DNA from: a bacterium
GTDB lineage: Bacteria > Patescibacteriota > Minisyncoccia > Phycocordibacterales > UBA2100
Direction of reading: 5' to 3'
DNA: 62,484 nt
NCBI GenBank assembly: GCA_030647655.1
Contig: JAUSJH010000018.1
Span: 1 to 62,484 of the forward strand
A program made the position numbers and the translations under genes. A model generated the notes under the pieces. It worked only from the letters and a program-made list of their open reading frames with translations. It did not search any database and was not told where the DNA came from. Within the stretch, counting starts at the first letter, position 1. The number at the start of each line of letters is the position of its first letter. Below, piece after piece: positions 9,083-18,382 of the stretch.

Positions 9083-11308
9083 TTATTTGGCAACCTTTTC
9101 CGCCTCCTCTAATTTCACCGACAACAACTTTGATACGCCGTCCTGCCCCATGGTGACGCCATAAAGCTCGCCGGCGGCGGACATGGTCGCCCTATTGTGG
9201 GTGATGACGATGAGTTGTGATTTTGCCCCAAGTTCTTTTATCATGTCGGCGTAGCGCTTTGAGTTGGCTTCGTCGAGCGCGGCGTCGGTCTCATCAAGAA
9301 TTAAAAACGGTGGGGGATTCACTTGGCTCATAGAAAAGATGAGTGCGATGGATGTAAGCGCACGCTCGCCGCCCGAGAGCACTTCGAGCCCGCGGATTTT
9401 CTTTCTCGGGAGCGAGACATCAATAGAAAGACCGGCATATAACTCTTCTTCTTCATCAATCCCTTCTTCGCCATCGTCATCCTCCTCACTTTCCGTGTCA
9501 AGGACGGTCCTTGACACGCGGCGGCGGGGCTCCTCGACCTCGAGCTTGGCGTAACCACCCCCGAACAATTTATTGAAGAAGCCTTTGAGCGCTTCGTTGA
9601 TGTGCTTTAGCCCTTCGGTGAATCGAGCGTCAATGGTCTTTTCCAGCTCGGCAATGATGTCCTCGAGTTTCCCAGCCGAAGATTCGAGGTCGGCGAGTTC
9701 CCTCGCAAGAAATTCTTCGCGCTCTTTAGTCTGTTTGAATTCCCGCACGACGGCATCCCCGCTCCCCACCCCCGATTCCTCTATTTTTATCTTCAAGCGC
9801 TCGATATCGCGGCGGCGCTTATCTTGTCGTTTCCTATCTTCCTCGAGAAGTGCACCTTCCGGCACTCCTGCCTTCTCCCAACCATGCACCGCTTCTCCGA
9901 TGAGTGCGATGCCTTCCCGCACTTCTTCCTCGAATCGCGCGCGCAAAATCGCGAGTGCGGTGCGTGCGCTCGAAACGGCGCCGAGTTTGGCTTGCGCCTC
10001 ACGCACCTGTCCCTCCAATTCCACCAAGTCGCGCTCGGCAGTGAATCCTGCCTCGCGCGCTTCCGCAATTTTCTTGCGTAGTGTTTCCAGCTCACCCGCG
10101 AGCGCCGTTTCCTCTTTGCGCACGCGCTCAAGTGAATTCGCGAGCGAATTCACTTGCTGGCGCACTTCTTCGTTGGTCTCGGGTGCCGAGCCGGAAAGCC
10201 CGTCGACAAAAGCCTTGATGCGCTCACGAATCTGTCCGAGACGGCTTTTGAGCTTCACTATATCGGTCTCCCGCTCGGCTTCTGCGACAGTCAGAGAAAG
10301 CTCGCGCGCGAAGCTACGCACATGCGGCACGGGGACTATCTGCTCCACAGTGATGGTGTTGGCCTCGAGTGCTCCTTCGGCGCGTCCGAGCTCTCGGGTG
10401 AGTTTTTCACTCTCGCGACGCGCCTCCGATAGTTTCCCTTCCCGCTCCGACAACTTCTTTTGCAACTCTTGCAGGGCGCCTTGCCCCGCCGAAGCTTTTG
10501 CCGAACGGGTTTGCGAGACCGATTCGTTTAACTTTTTCAACTCGTGCACTTGTGCCTGTTCTTCTTGGCGAAGCCGTGCGTCTTCCTGCGTAATCCACGC
10601 GTTCTCGCGCGCGAGGTAGTCACTCAATTTCACAGCAAGCTCTTCCTTCATCTCACGGGCTTTCTCTATCTTTTCCACCTGCACGCGCAAGAAATTGATG
10701 TGCGGCGCGAGCTCGCGCCGGAGCGATTTTGTCTTATCGATATTATTCCCTGTCTCCTCGAGTTTGCGCTTGCTCTCCGCTTTCTTGTGCTGGTAGAGCT
10801 TCAGGCCGAGCGCGTCTTCCACCATCTCTCTGCGCTCGCGCGGGTGCGCATTCAATATCCTGTCCGCCTCACCTTGCGAAATTATCTGATAGCCCGAGCC
10901 GCCGATATTCGCTCCAGCGAGGAGGCGGGTGACGTCTTTGAGCCGCACCTGCGTGCCGTTCAACAAATACTCATTTTGCCCGTCGCGATAGACGACACGT
11001 TCCACCGTGACCTCCTTGAAGTCCAAATCCAAGAGGCGTTTTGAATTATCAAAAACCACTTTCACCCCCGCGCGATTCATGCGCGGCAAGGAAGGCGAGC
11101 CGCCCCAGATGAGGTCTTCGCCGCGCTTGCTTCTCATGGATTTCATCGATTGCTCGCCCAAGACGAAACGGAACGCCTCCGCGACATTGGACTTGCCCGA
11201 GCCATTCGGCCCGACAGCGGCGGTGATAGGGGACCCGAATACGAGCTCGGTCTTTTTGCCGAACGACTTGAATCCAGACAGTTCTATTGATTTCAAACTA
11301 AGAAACAT
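9083..11308 (-). CDS. smc: short SMC-family ATPase (no recognisable hinge)
   Basis: Walker A GPNGSGKSN, Q-loop IISQG, signature LSGGE, Walker B/D-loop LDETDAALD, VITH; central coiled coil; downstream of rnc. Confidence 0.88.
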   Translation of the reverse strand: MFLSLKSIELSGFKSFGKKTELVFGSPITAAVGPNGSGKSNVAEAFRFVLGEQSMKSMRSKRGEDLIWGGSPSLPRMNRAGVKVVFDNSKRLLDLDFKEVTVERVVYRDGQNEYLLNGTQVRLKDVTRLLAGANIGGSGYQIISQGEADRILNAHPRERREMVEDALGLKLYQHKKAESKRKLEETGNNIDKTKSLRRELAPHINFLRVQVEKIEKAREMKEELAVKLSDYLARENAWITQEDARLRQEEQAQVHELKKLNESVSQTRSAKASAGQGALQELQKKLSEREGKLSEARRESEKLTRELGRAEGALEANTITVEQIVPVPHVRSFARELSLTVAEAERETDIVKLKSRLGQIRERIKAFVDGLSGSAPETNEEVRQQVNSLANSLERVRKEETALAGELETLRKKIAEAREAGFTAERDLVELEGQVREAQAKLGAVSSARTALAILRARFEEEVREGIALIGEAVHGWEKAGVPEGALLEEDRKRQDKRRRDIERLKIKIEESGVGSGDAVVREFKQTKEREEFLARELADLESSAGKLEDIIAELEKTIDARFTEGLKHINEALKGFFNKLFGGGYAKLEVEEPRRRVSRTVLDTESEEDDDGEEGIDEEEELYAGLSIDVSLPRKKIRGLEVLSGGERALTSIALIFSMSQVNPPPFLILDETDAALDEANSKRYADMIKELGAKSQLIVITHNRATMSAAGELYGVTMGQDGVSKLLSVKLEEAEKVAK

Positions 11309-11374
11309 TGATACCCATTGTACCAAACCTAAAAGCGAGCCTTGGCATTTGTATTTCTCAACCTTAAGCGAGCG

Positions 11375-11470
11375 CGGATGTTCCCTTTTGCCGTCTTCGT
11401 AGCGCCGACGGGCGCGAGACCGAGCGCTGGCCTAGCAAGGCCAGACAGCGACGGCAAAAGGGAACATCCG
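11375..11470. repeat. perfect 21-bp inverted repeat enclosing two small hairpins
   Basis: cggatgttcccttttgccgtc (11375-11395) / gacggcaaaagggaacatccg (11450-11470); inner hairpins gcgcc-gacg-ggcgc and ctggcc-tagcaa-ggccag. Confidence 0.85.
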
Positions 11471-11481
11471 TCGAGCGCCCC

Positions 11482-12171
11482 CTACCATCCCTTCGCCGCA
11501 AGGGCTTTCTGCGCGGCATCCTGCTCCGCTTCCTGCTTTGAGCGGCCGGAGCCTTCTGCGACTTTTTCCTCTCCGATGTAAGCGCCGACGACAAACACCT
11601 TGTTGTGGTCGGGGCCGGACTGGTCCATCAGCTTGTACGTCGGGGTCACGCCGTGTTTTTCTTGCGCGATTTCCTGCAGTTTGCTCTTGGCATCCTGCCA
11701 CAAGCGCTTCTCGACGACCTCATCGGTCTTGTGAAAAATCTGAGTCGCAATAAAGCTCTTTGCCGTTCCGTATCCGGAATCAAGATATAAAGCACCTATC
11801 AAGGCCTCGAATGCATTGGCAAGGATTATCTGTCGAGCGCGGCCCATGTCGCGCGCTTCGCCACGACTAAGCAGAAGATATTCATTGATGCCAAGTTTGG
11901 TGGCGGCGTCCGCAATGCTCACAGTATTCACAAGAGCCGCGCGGTAAGCGGTCAGGTCACCTTCGGGCTTGTCGGGATATTTGGCATACAAAAATTCCGT
12001 GACTACGAGTTCCAAGACGGCGTCACCGAGGAATTCCAGCCGCTCATTGTGTTCGCGGCCGGCGCTTCGATTTTCGTTGAGGTGCGAGCGGTGCGTGAAG
12101 GCTTGCTCAAGAAGCTCCTTCTTGTTGAACACATAGCCAATCTTAGTCTCAAAGGATGCTAGATCCGCCAT
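11482..12171 (-). CDS. rnc: ribonuclease III
   Basis: HNERLEFLGDAVL signature, ANAFEALIGALYLD, C-terminal dsRBD. Confidence 0.98.
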   Translation of the reverse strand: MADLASFETKIGYVFNKKELLEQAFTHRSHLNENRSAGREHNERLEFLGDAVLELVVTEFLYAKYPDKPEGDLTAYRAALVNTVSIADAATKLGINEYLLLSRGEARDMGRARQIILANAFEALIGALYLDSGYGTAKSFIATQIFHKTDEVVEKRLWQDAKSKLQEIAQEKHGVTPTYKLMDQSGPDHNKVFVVGAYIGEEKVAEGSGRSKQEAEQDAAQKALAAKGW

Positions 12172-12173
12172 AT

Positions 12174-13151
12174 TTATTTCCGGCGTGAACGCGTCGAGCG
12201 CTCTACCGGAGCAGGCTTCGCCCGTGATTCTACGACTGATGGCTTTTCTTTTTGCGCCAGTACGTTGATGGCGGGCACGATTATCTTCAATGTGTCGTCA
12301 TAGAAATTCAAGTCTCCGACGGCCGAAAGAGGGAACCACTGCGCGTCGTCAAGGCCTCCGCTCGAGCCCAGACGTAGTTCACTAAAAGGGGATTCTGCGA
12401 GAAAATAACTCACGCGCTTGCGTTTCTTGCCTCCATCTATCTTGGAATCGTTCGCGATATACTCATTGACCCCGAGTTCCTGTACTATTTTTATATCGAG
12501 ACCCATTTCTTCTTTTATCTCGCGAACAGCACCGGCTTGTATATCCTCCCCTTCTTCTATCTTTCCCTTGGAAAGCGTCCAGTGACCGAAAATATCGTGT
12601 ACGAACGCGAGATACGTCTCCCCTTCCGAGCGAGCGTAGACGACGGCGCCGGCTAGGTGTTCGGTCGGCATCTTAGCTGGTTTACTCCCCGTTTCCTTGC
12701 GCACTCCCCCTTCATTTTTGCCCGGCTCGCCCAATTCCACGTAGACGGCGCCGAGAACTCCGTTCACGAAGCGGCCCGACGAATTACTGCCGAATGCTTT
12801 GGCGAGCTCTATCGCCTCGTTGATTGCAACCTTGGCCGGAACCTGTGTTCTGTCCGCGAAAAGAAGCTCGGTCAAGCCCAATCGCAGGACGTTGCGGTCG
12901 ATGGCGCTTATCTTATCGATGGGCCACTCGGGTGCCGCACGGATGATGACCTCGTCTATTTCATTCTGCTTCACTATCGCCGTCTGTAGGAGATTCTTCA
13001 TGAACGGCATATCGCTCTCGCGCGCGCCGAATTCCTTTCCATAGTCGGCAAGGCGCGAGAATCCTTCGTCGTTAGTCATTTTCCCCTCCGAAGCATCGCG
13101 CTCAAAAAGCACTTGGAGAACCACCGAACGAGCAAGGTGCCTATTTGCCAT
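12174..13151 (-). CDS. nusB: NusB antitermination factor fused to C-terminal Nudix hydrolase
   Basis: NRHLAR...IDRNVLRLG...VAINEAIELAKAFG...RFVNGVLG; then complete Nudix box GKIEEGEDIQAGAVREIKEEMGL. Confidence 0.93.
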   Translation of the reverse strand: MANRHLARSVVLQVLFERDASEGKMTNDEGFSRLADYGKEFGARESDMPFMKNLLQTAIVKQNEIDEVIIRAAPEWPIDKISAIDRNVLRLGLTELLFADRTQVPAKVAINEAIELAKAFGSNSSGRFVNGVLGAVYVELGEPGKNEGGVRKETGSKPAKMPTEHLAGAVVYARSEGETYLAFVHDIFGHWTLSKGKIEEGEDIQAGAVREIKEEMGLDIKIVQELGVNEYIANDSKIDGGKKRKRVSYFLAESPFSELRLGSSGGLDDAQWFPLSAVGDLNFYDDTLKIIVPAINVLAQKEKPSVVESRAKPAPVERSTRSRRK

Positions 13152-13219
13152 ACACGAAGAACAACTTCACTGCTTCAGTATACACAAGAAAATAAAGAAC
13201 AAACGAAAACGGGTGTGTA

Positions 13220-13492
13220 TTAAGTTTTCGCTGGTTCTTTTTCTTTTGTCTCGGCGGTTTGCCCGCTCGCGCGCAATTCTGTTTGCTTGCGCTTATCACG
13301 GCGCGCATCACGCTTGGCGCGTGCGACGATATCAATAATTACATTGCCATTGTACTTGCCGCACTCCGGACACGCGCGATGCGACATACGTGAGGCGCCG
13401 CACTCACACTTCGCAAGGCGCTGACCCGCAATTGCGTGGTGGCTCCGCCGCATAGCGGTCTGGGAGCGATTTCTGCGCATTCGTACAACCAT
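13220..13492 (-). CDS. rpmF: 50S ribosomal protein L32 (Zn-ribbon type) with basic C-terminal extension
   Basis: MVVRMRRNRSQTAMRRSH...CECG...HRACPECGKY. Confidence 0.9.
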   Translation of the reverse strand: MVVRMRRNRSQTAMRRSHHAIAGQRLAKCECGASRMSHRACPECGKYNGNVIIDIVARAKRDARRDKRKQTELRASGQTAETKEKEPAKT

Positions 13493-13515
13493 AATCCGCA
13501 GTCTACTGCGGAAAG

Positions 13516-13608
13516 TAACAAATATCAAGTTTCAAGTATCAAGAAATCCTCTTCTTCTAATTGAAACTATTTTATTTGTTTGATACTTGCTACCTGTTAC
13601 TTGATACT
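13516..13608. repeat. inverted array of degenerate 7-mers (consensus TATCAAG / CTTGATA)
   Basis: taacaaa-tatcaag-tttcaag-tatcaag then tttgata-cttgcta-cctgtta-cttgata. Confidence 0.65.
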
Positions 13609-14196
13609 TCCGCTGACAAAGTCCGAGCAAAACGATGTCCGGTGTAGCGGACACAAACCATGCTTGTGTATCATTTTTTGATGCCGCGGCGTGCCGTAGC
13701 CTTTGTGAGCACGAAAATCGTATGCGGGATATTTCTCTGCGAGTCTCTGCATCAATCTGTCGCGCGTGACCTTGGCGGCGATGGAAGCGAGCGAGATGAC
13801 GGGCTCGGATTCGTCTCCGCGGATGATGGTCTTTTGCACGGTGAATATTTCCGGCGCGCGCAAGCTGCCATCAAGGCGGATTTCGCACTGCTCCGGCGTA
13901 GCATCAAGCTTGATGAGACAGCGCGTGAGCGCCGAGTGAATAGCAAAGACGATGCCGCGGCGGTCTATTGTCCCCGCGGCAGAAAAAGAAACCGAAAAAT
14001 CCAACATGCCCGCCTGCCGCATTGCACGCAACTTTCTATACCACTCTTCGCGTGCAAACGGCGTCAACTGTTTTGAATCCCGCACACCTTTCAAGATTTT
14101 CCAATCAAAATCGTGCGGGACCATGACCGCGCCGACGGCAACGGGGCCCGCGAGCGGCCCCCGCCCCGCCTCATCGATGCCTATGAGATATCTCAC
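13597..14196 (-). CDS. rnhB: ribonuclease HII
   Basis: GIDEAGRGPLAGPV, DSKQL, ISLASIAAKVTRD, HKGYGT, HRTSF. Confidence 0.97.
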   Translation of the reverse strand: MRYLIGIDEAGRGPLAGPVAVGAVMVPHDFDWKILKGVRDSKQLTPFAREEWYRKLRAMRQAGMLDFSVSFSAAGTIDRRGIVFAIHSALTRCLIKLDATPEQCEIRLDGSLRAPEIFTVQKTIIRGDESEPVISLASIAAKVTRDRLMQRLAEKYPAYDFRAHKGYGTPRHQKMIHKHGLCPLHRTSFCSDFVSGSIK

Positions 14197-14207
14197 CCAT
14201 TAATCAT

Positions 14208-14243
14208 AACAACAAACAGGACCGCGACACCGCCGCGGTCCTG
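14208..14243 (-). terminator. intrinsic terminator
   Basis: 10-bp stem caggaccgcg/cgcggtcctg followed by TTTGTTGTT on minus strand. Confidence 0.75.
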
Positions 14244-14267
14244 CAAACACGGAAATTGGACTCGGCT

Positions 14268-14489
14268 TCAGCCTTGTCCGGTGCCGGGCTCAACAACGCC
14301 AACTTGACCCTTGACACGCCGTTGGCCATCGCCTTTGCGTGTTCCCGGCACCAAGCCCGCTGGGTTGTGCGGGTCGTAGGATTTGTCCTGATCACGATAG
14401 ATCCTGCTCGCGCCGATGTGGTGAGTTTCGCCCCCCAGAGCTGCACTTCTTTCGACAACCAGATCCTTATCCTTCCTCTTCTTCGCCAT
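14268..14489 (-). CDS. small basic hypothetical protein (73 aa)
   Basis: GGGAG SD, upstream TTGACT-17-TAGAGT promoter-like, downstream terminator. Confidence 0.6.
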   Translation of the reverse strand: MAKKRKDKDLVVERSAALGGETHHIGASRIYRDQDKSYDPHNPAGLVPGTRKGDGQRRVKGQVGVVEPGTGQG

Positions 14490-14652
14490 GATCTACTTCT
14501 CCCGATTAGGATTCAAGTCTGGCGACTGCCGCCTGACCTGTAGGCACGCATATTCAAACAACCAGACCGCACTCTAAATGTCGGCTTGAAAGAAGTCAAA
14601 GCCTGTCTGCGCAGGCAGATGGGGAAAACTCGCGATGATATACTCTCCCTGC

Positions 14653-14703
14653 ATGTCGTCCGCCTTTGCTAAAGCTTCGGCGGGACAAGCGCGCGCACTA
14701 TGA
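14653..14703 (+). other. 16-codon leader ORF built from a palindromic repeat, stop overlapping dnaE start (ATGA)
   Basis: TATACT (14639-14644), 8 nt, ATG 14653, MSSAFAKASAGQARAL*, TGA 14701-14703 overlaps ATG 14700-14702. Confidence 0.5.
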
Positions 14704-17700
14704 AAACTGATTTTGTGCACTTGCATACTCATTCGCACTATTCCCTTCTTGAAGCACTGCCAAAAATCCCCGACCTTGTTGCCACGGCCAAGATTGATGG
14801 GCAGGAAGCGCTCGCACTCACCGACAACGGCAATCTCTACGGCGCAATAGAATTTTACAAGGAGTGCACGGAGAACGATATCAAGCCTATTATCGGCGTT
14901 GATTTTTTCGTGGCGCCCCGCACGCGGCACGACAAAGAACACCGCGTCGACGACCACACTTCACGGCTCGTACTTCTGGCGAAAAACGAGGTCGGATATC
15001 GCAATCTTCTCCAGCTCGTCTCCACATCGCACCTCGAAGGTTTTTATTATCGCCCGCGTATTGATTGCGAGCTCATCGAGAAACACCGCGAAGGCCTTAT
15101 CGCCATTCTTCCTTCTTTCGGCGGAGAACACGCGAAACTTTTGCGCGATGGCAATACGGAGCGCGCGCGCGAAATGCTGGATTGGTACAAGAAAATATAC
15201 GGAGAGGAGCTCTTTTTGGAAATAACTCGTCATCCGGAGATAGACGGTCACGAGAAACAGATGCAGGCGCTTATCTCGCTCGCGCACGACGCAAACGTAC
15301 CGATTGTCGCCGCCCACGACACGTATTACCTGAAACAGGAAGATGCGCTCGCGCGCGAGCTCGTCGTGAAGATTCGCACAGCCACCGTCTTGAATCGCGA
15401 CTTCGAACAAAGTGCCCATGACTTCTCATTTATCCCCCGCGCGCGTGCCCTCGAGCTCTTTGCCGATATTCCAGAAGCACTTGAAAATACCGCCCGAATC
15501 GCCGAAATGTGTGAGCTCAAATTAAAGCTCGGTAAAGCCATATTCCCCGGCTTTCCGGTCCCCAAAGGTTCTAGTGACGATATAGAGCTGCGCATACTTG
15601 CCGAGAGTGGAGTCAGCGAGCGTCAGATGAAAGACACACCGGAATTACGCAAGCGCATTGACTATGAACTCAAAATAATTGCCGACAAAGGCTATGCCTC
15701 GTATTTTCTTATCGTCGCCGATCTCCTGCGTCATGCGCGCTTGACCGGCATTTTCACCAACACACGCGGCTCGGCAGCGGGCTCCCTTGTCTCGTACCTC
15801 TCCGGCATTACGACGGTTGACCCTATCGAATTCAACATGCCGTTCGAGCGTTTTCTCAATCCTGAACGGCCGTCCGCGCCGGATATCGACATGGATATCG
15901 CCGACAACCGGCGCGACGAGCTCATCGAATATGTGCGGCACAAATACGGCGAGGACAAGGTGGCGCAAATCGGCACGTTCGGCACGATGATGGCGCGCGC
16001 CGCGGTGCGCGACGTCGCACGCGCGCTCGGACATCCCTACGGTCTAGGCGACACGATTGCCAAGCTCATCCCCTTTGGCAAACAGGGATTCCCCGTCACG
16101 CTCGAGAAAGCCCTGAAAGACACACCAGAGCTTGCGCAGATGTACAAGACAAGCGCCGACGCGCGTGAGATTCTCGACCTCGCGCAAAAGATAGAAGGGA
16201 ACGCGCGTCACGTCGGTGTACACGCCGCCGGAGTCGTCATCGCGCCCACTGCCGTCAGTGATTTCTCCCCCATCCAAATAGACCCGAAGGGCAACCACAT
16301 CATCACTCAATACGACATGTACAGCATAGCCGATGAGTATGGCGGCATCGGTCTCCTGAAATTTGATATCCTCGGCCTCACCAACCTGTCGGTCTTGGCG
16401 GATTCTGTGGCAAGAGTGAAGGTGCGGCTTGGTCTTGACGTGGACCTCGACAAGATCCCGCTTGACGACAAAAAAGTGTACGAACTTCTCACGCGCGGCG
16501 AAACACTCGGCGTCTTCCAAATGGCAGGCAGTGGCATGACCTCCTACCTCAAAGACCTGAAGCCCACGGTAATCCATGACATAAACGCAATGGTGGCGCT
16601 CTACCGCCCCGGCCCAATGGCATTCATTCCAGAGTATATCGAGCGCAAGAAGGATCCCGCGCGCGTGAAATATCTCGATCCGCGCATGGAAGAAATACTA
16701 AAGCCGACATATGGCGTCCTCATTTATCAAGACGACGTCATGATGATAGCGGTTCAGCTCGCCGGCTACTCGTGGGGCGAGGCCGATAAACTCAGGAAAG
16801 CGATGGGGAAGAAGATACCCAAAGAAATGGCCGCCCAAAAAGAGAAATTCGTCTCGGGCTGTGCCGCGGGTGGCATGAAGAAAGATGTGGTGCAGAAATT
16901 GTGGGAACAGATAGAAACATTCGCCGCCTACGGCTTCAACAAGGCGCACGCCGCTAGCTACGGCAACCTAGCGTACAAGACGGCATACATGAAGGCCAAC
17001 TTCCCCATCGATTATATGGCTGCGGTCTTGACCGCCGACGCGGGCGACGTGGAAAAGATAGCGGAGGTGGTCGCGGAGTGCAAGCGCATGGGGATTAATG
17101 TACTCCCACCTTCGGTTAATGAGAGTAAAGGAAATTTCACAGTCAAAGATGAGAAAAATATACGCTTCGGACTCTATTCCATCAAGAATTTCGGCACCGG
17201 CGTGGCCGATTCCATCATTGCCGCAAGAGACGCTAATGGGTCGTTTACTGACATCGCGAACTTACTTTCCCGCATCCCCGATAAGAATCTCAACAAGAAA
17301 TCGCTCGAATCGCTGATACAGTGCGGTGCCTTCGACGATATGCAAATAAGTCGCGGCGAGCTCATGGCGAACGTCGAGACGCTCCTCACTTTTCACCGCG
17401 AACATCTCAACACTCCGAAGAATCAGGGCCTGCTGTTCGGTACCATGAGCTCGCCGCGGCTTTCGCTCTCGTTGCAACACGCCCCGCCCGTGCTACTCGA
17501 GACGCTGCTCGGATGGGAAAAAGAATTGCTCGGTCTCTACATTTCGGGCCACCCGCTCGACAAGTACAAAGACAAATTCAAGGACGAGAAAAAGAGTATC
17601 AAGCACGCCAAAGAACACCTTCGCGGCGTCGAGACCGTCATCGCTGGATTCATAGAAAGCGCTCGCATCAATCAGACGAAAAATGGAGAGCGTATGGGAT

Positions 17701-17870
17701 TCTTGAAGGTCGCCGACTTCTCGGATTCCATCGAGGTCGTCGTTTTTCCACGCACATTCAAGGAATACGAAAAGATTATGCTCACCGGCGCCTGCATAGC
17801 CGTCAAAGGAAAAATATCCGAGCGCAATGGCGAAATGAGTTTTGTTGTAGAACGCGCGAAGTCGTTGTAA
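14700..17870 (+). CDS. dnaE: DNA polymerase III alpha subunit
   Basis: PHP HLHTHSHYSLL, GRGS-like TRGSAAGSLV, catalytic PDIDMD, LLKFDILGL, YGFNKAHA, C-terminal OB fold. Confidence 0.98.
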   Translation: MKTDFVHLHTHSHYSLLEALPKIPDLVATAKIDGQEALALTDNGNLYGAIEFYKECTENDIKPIIGVDFFVAPRTRHDKEHRVDDHTSRLVLLAKNEVGYRNLLQLVSTSHLEGFYYRPRIDCELIEKHREGLIAILPSFGGEHAKLLRDGNTERAREMLDWYKKIYGEELFLEITRHPEIDGHEKQMQALISLAHDANVPIVAAHDTYYLKQEDALARELVVKIRTATVLNRDFEQSAHDFSFIPRARALELFADIPEALENTARIAEMCELKLKLGKAIFPGFPVPKGSSDDIELRILAESGVSERQMKDTPELRKRIDYELKIIADKGYASYFLIVADLLRHARLTGIFTNTRGSAAGSLVSYLSGITTVDPIEFNMPFERFLNPERPSAPDIDMDIADNRRDELIEYVRHKYGEDKVAQIGTFGTMMARAAVRDVARALGHPYGLGDTIAKLIPFGKQGFPVTLEKALKDTPELAQMYKTSADAREILDLAQKIEGNARHVGVHAAGVVIAPTAVSDFSPIQIDPKGNHIITQYDMYSIADEYGGIGLLKFDILGLTNLSVLADSVARVKVRLGLDVDLDKIPLDDKKVYELLTRGETLGVFQMAGSGMTSYLKDLKPTVIHDINAMVALYRPGPMAFIPEYIERKKDPARVKYLDPRMEEILKPTYGVLIYQDDVMMIAVQLAGYSWGEADKLRKAMGKKIPKEMAAQKEKFVSGCAAGGMKKDVVQKLWEQIETFAAYGFNKAHAASYGNLAYKTAYMKANFPIDYMAAVLTADAGDVEKIAEVVAECKRMGINVLPPSVNESKGNFTVKDEKNIRFGLYSIKNFGTGVADSIIAARDANGSFTDIANLLSRIPDKNLNKKSLESLIQCGAFDDMQISRGELMANVETLLTFHREHLNTPKNQGLLFGTMSSPRLSLSLQHAPPVLLETLLGWEKELLGLYISGHPLDKYKDKFKDEKKSIKHAKEHLRGVETVIAGFIESARINQTKNGERMGFLKVADFSDSIEVVVFPRTFKEYEKIMLTGACIAVKGKISERNGEMSFVVERAKSL

Positions 17871-17872
17871 TA

Positions 17873-17901
17873 TTGACAATTTGGAGGAGACAGGTTATAA
17901 C
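17873..17901 (+). promoter_or_regulatory. sigma70-type promoter
   Basis: TTGACA-17nt-TATAAC. Confidence 0.75.
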
Positions 17902-17943
17902 AGCACCTGCGTCCTCTTGAACATTGTGACTGGAGAAAAAGCG

Positions 17944-18285
17944 ATGGATATTCTTCGTAGACTGGCCGCAGATACGGCCACCGAGATCCGCTCCGCAAAC
18001 GGACCGGGTCCATGCACGCAAGCGCTCGCGAACTACTTCAACTCGCTGATCACCACCATCGTGAGAACCAAGTCGGTCGTGTTCGATCACCGATATTGGA
18101 CGAAGATAGTGCGGGCGATGGGTGCAAACGGCGCCCACGGCGATGAGAATCTTCTGCTGTGGGTCTCGGCGATGGGTGGACAAATAAGCCTCCTGCTCAT
18201 CGCGCACCAAAAACAGGTGCCTCGTGAGCACCTGAAAACAAGCGTGCTCGCATTTTGTGATGCGGTCGAAAGTGTCGACGGCTGA
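17944..18285 (+). CDS. hypothetical helical protein (monocistronic cassette)
   Basis: GGAG SD before ATG 17944; own promoter and terminator. Confidence 0.65.
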   Translation: MDILRRLAADTATEIRSANGPGPCTQALANYFNSLITTIVRTKSVVFDHRYWTKIVRAMGANGAHGDENLLLWVSAMGGQISLLLIAHQKQVPREHLKTSVLAFCDAVESVDG

Positions 18286-18309
18286 ACAGGCGTTCCCTCC
18301 TCCAAAAAC

Positions 18310-18341
18310 CGGTCGCCGCGCTCTTCGCGGCGGCCGTTTTT
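18310..18341 (+). terminator. intrinsic terminator
   Basis: cggtcgccgcg-ctctt-cgcggcggccg + TTTTT; A-run upstream. Confidence 0.8.
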
Positions 18342-18382
18342 ACTTTTTACATACTGCAAAAAGTTGTTATGATGTCTGAATC

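Noticed and set aside
14204-14270. TGA read-through/recoding (code 25 or Trp) in the 73-aa ORF, since G*SRVQF looks protein-like
   Set aside because: A strong terminator follows immediately, and several clear genes (toxin, gap, GIY-YIG, DUF296) end in TGA, often in ATGA overlaps; code 11 fits
14490-14570. Riboswitch in the leader of the 73-aa gene
   Set aside because: Only short, mutually overlapping stems; no recognisable aptamer consensus
14700-15500. Degenerate PHP metal ligands in DnaE (AHDTYY)
   Set aside because: Inactive PHP domains are common in DnaE; not informative
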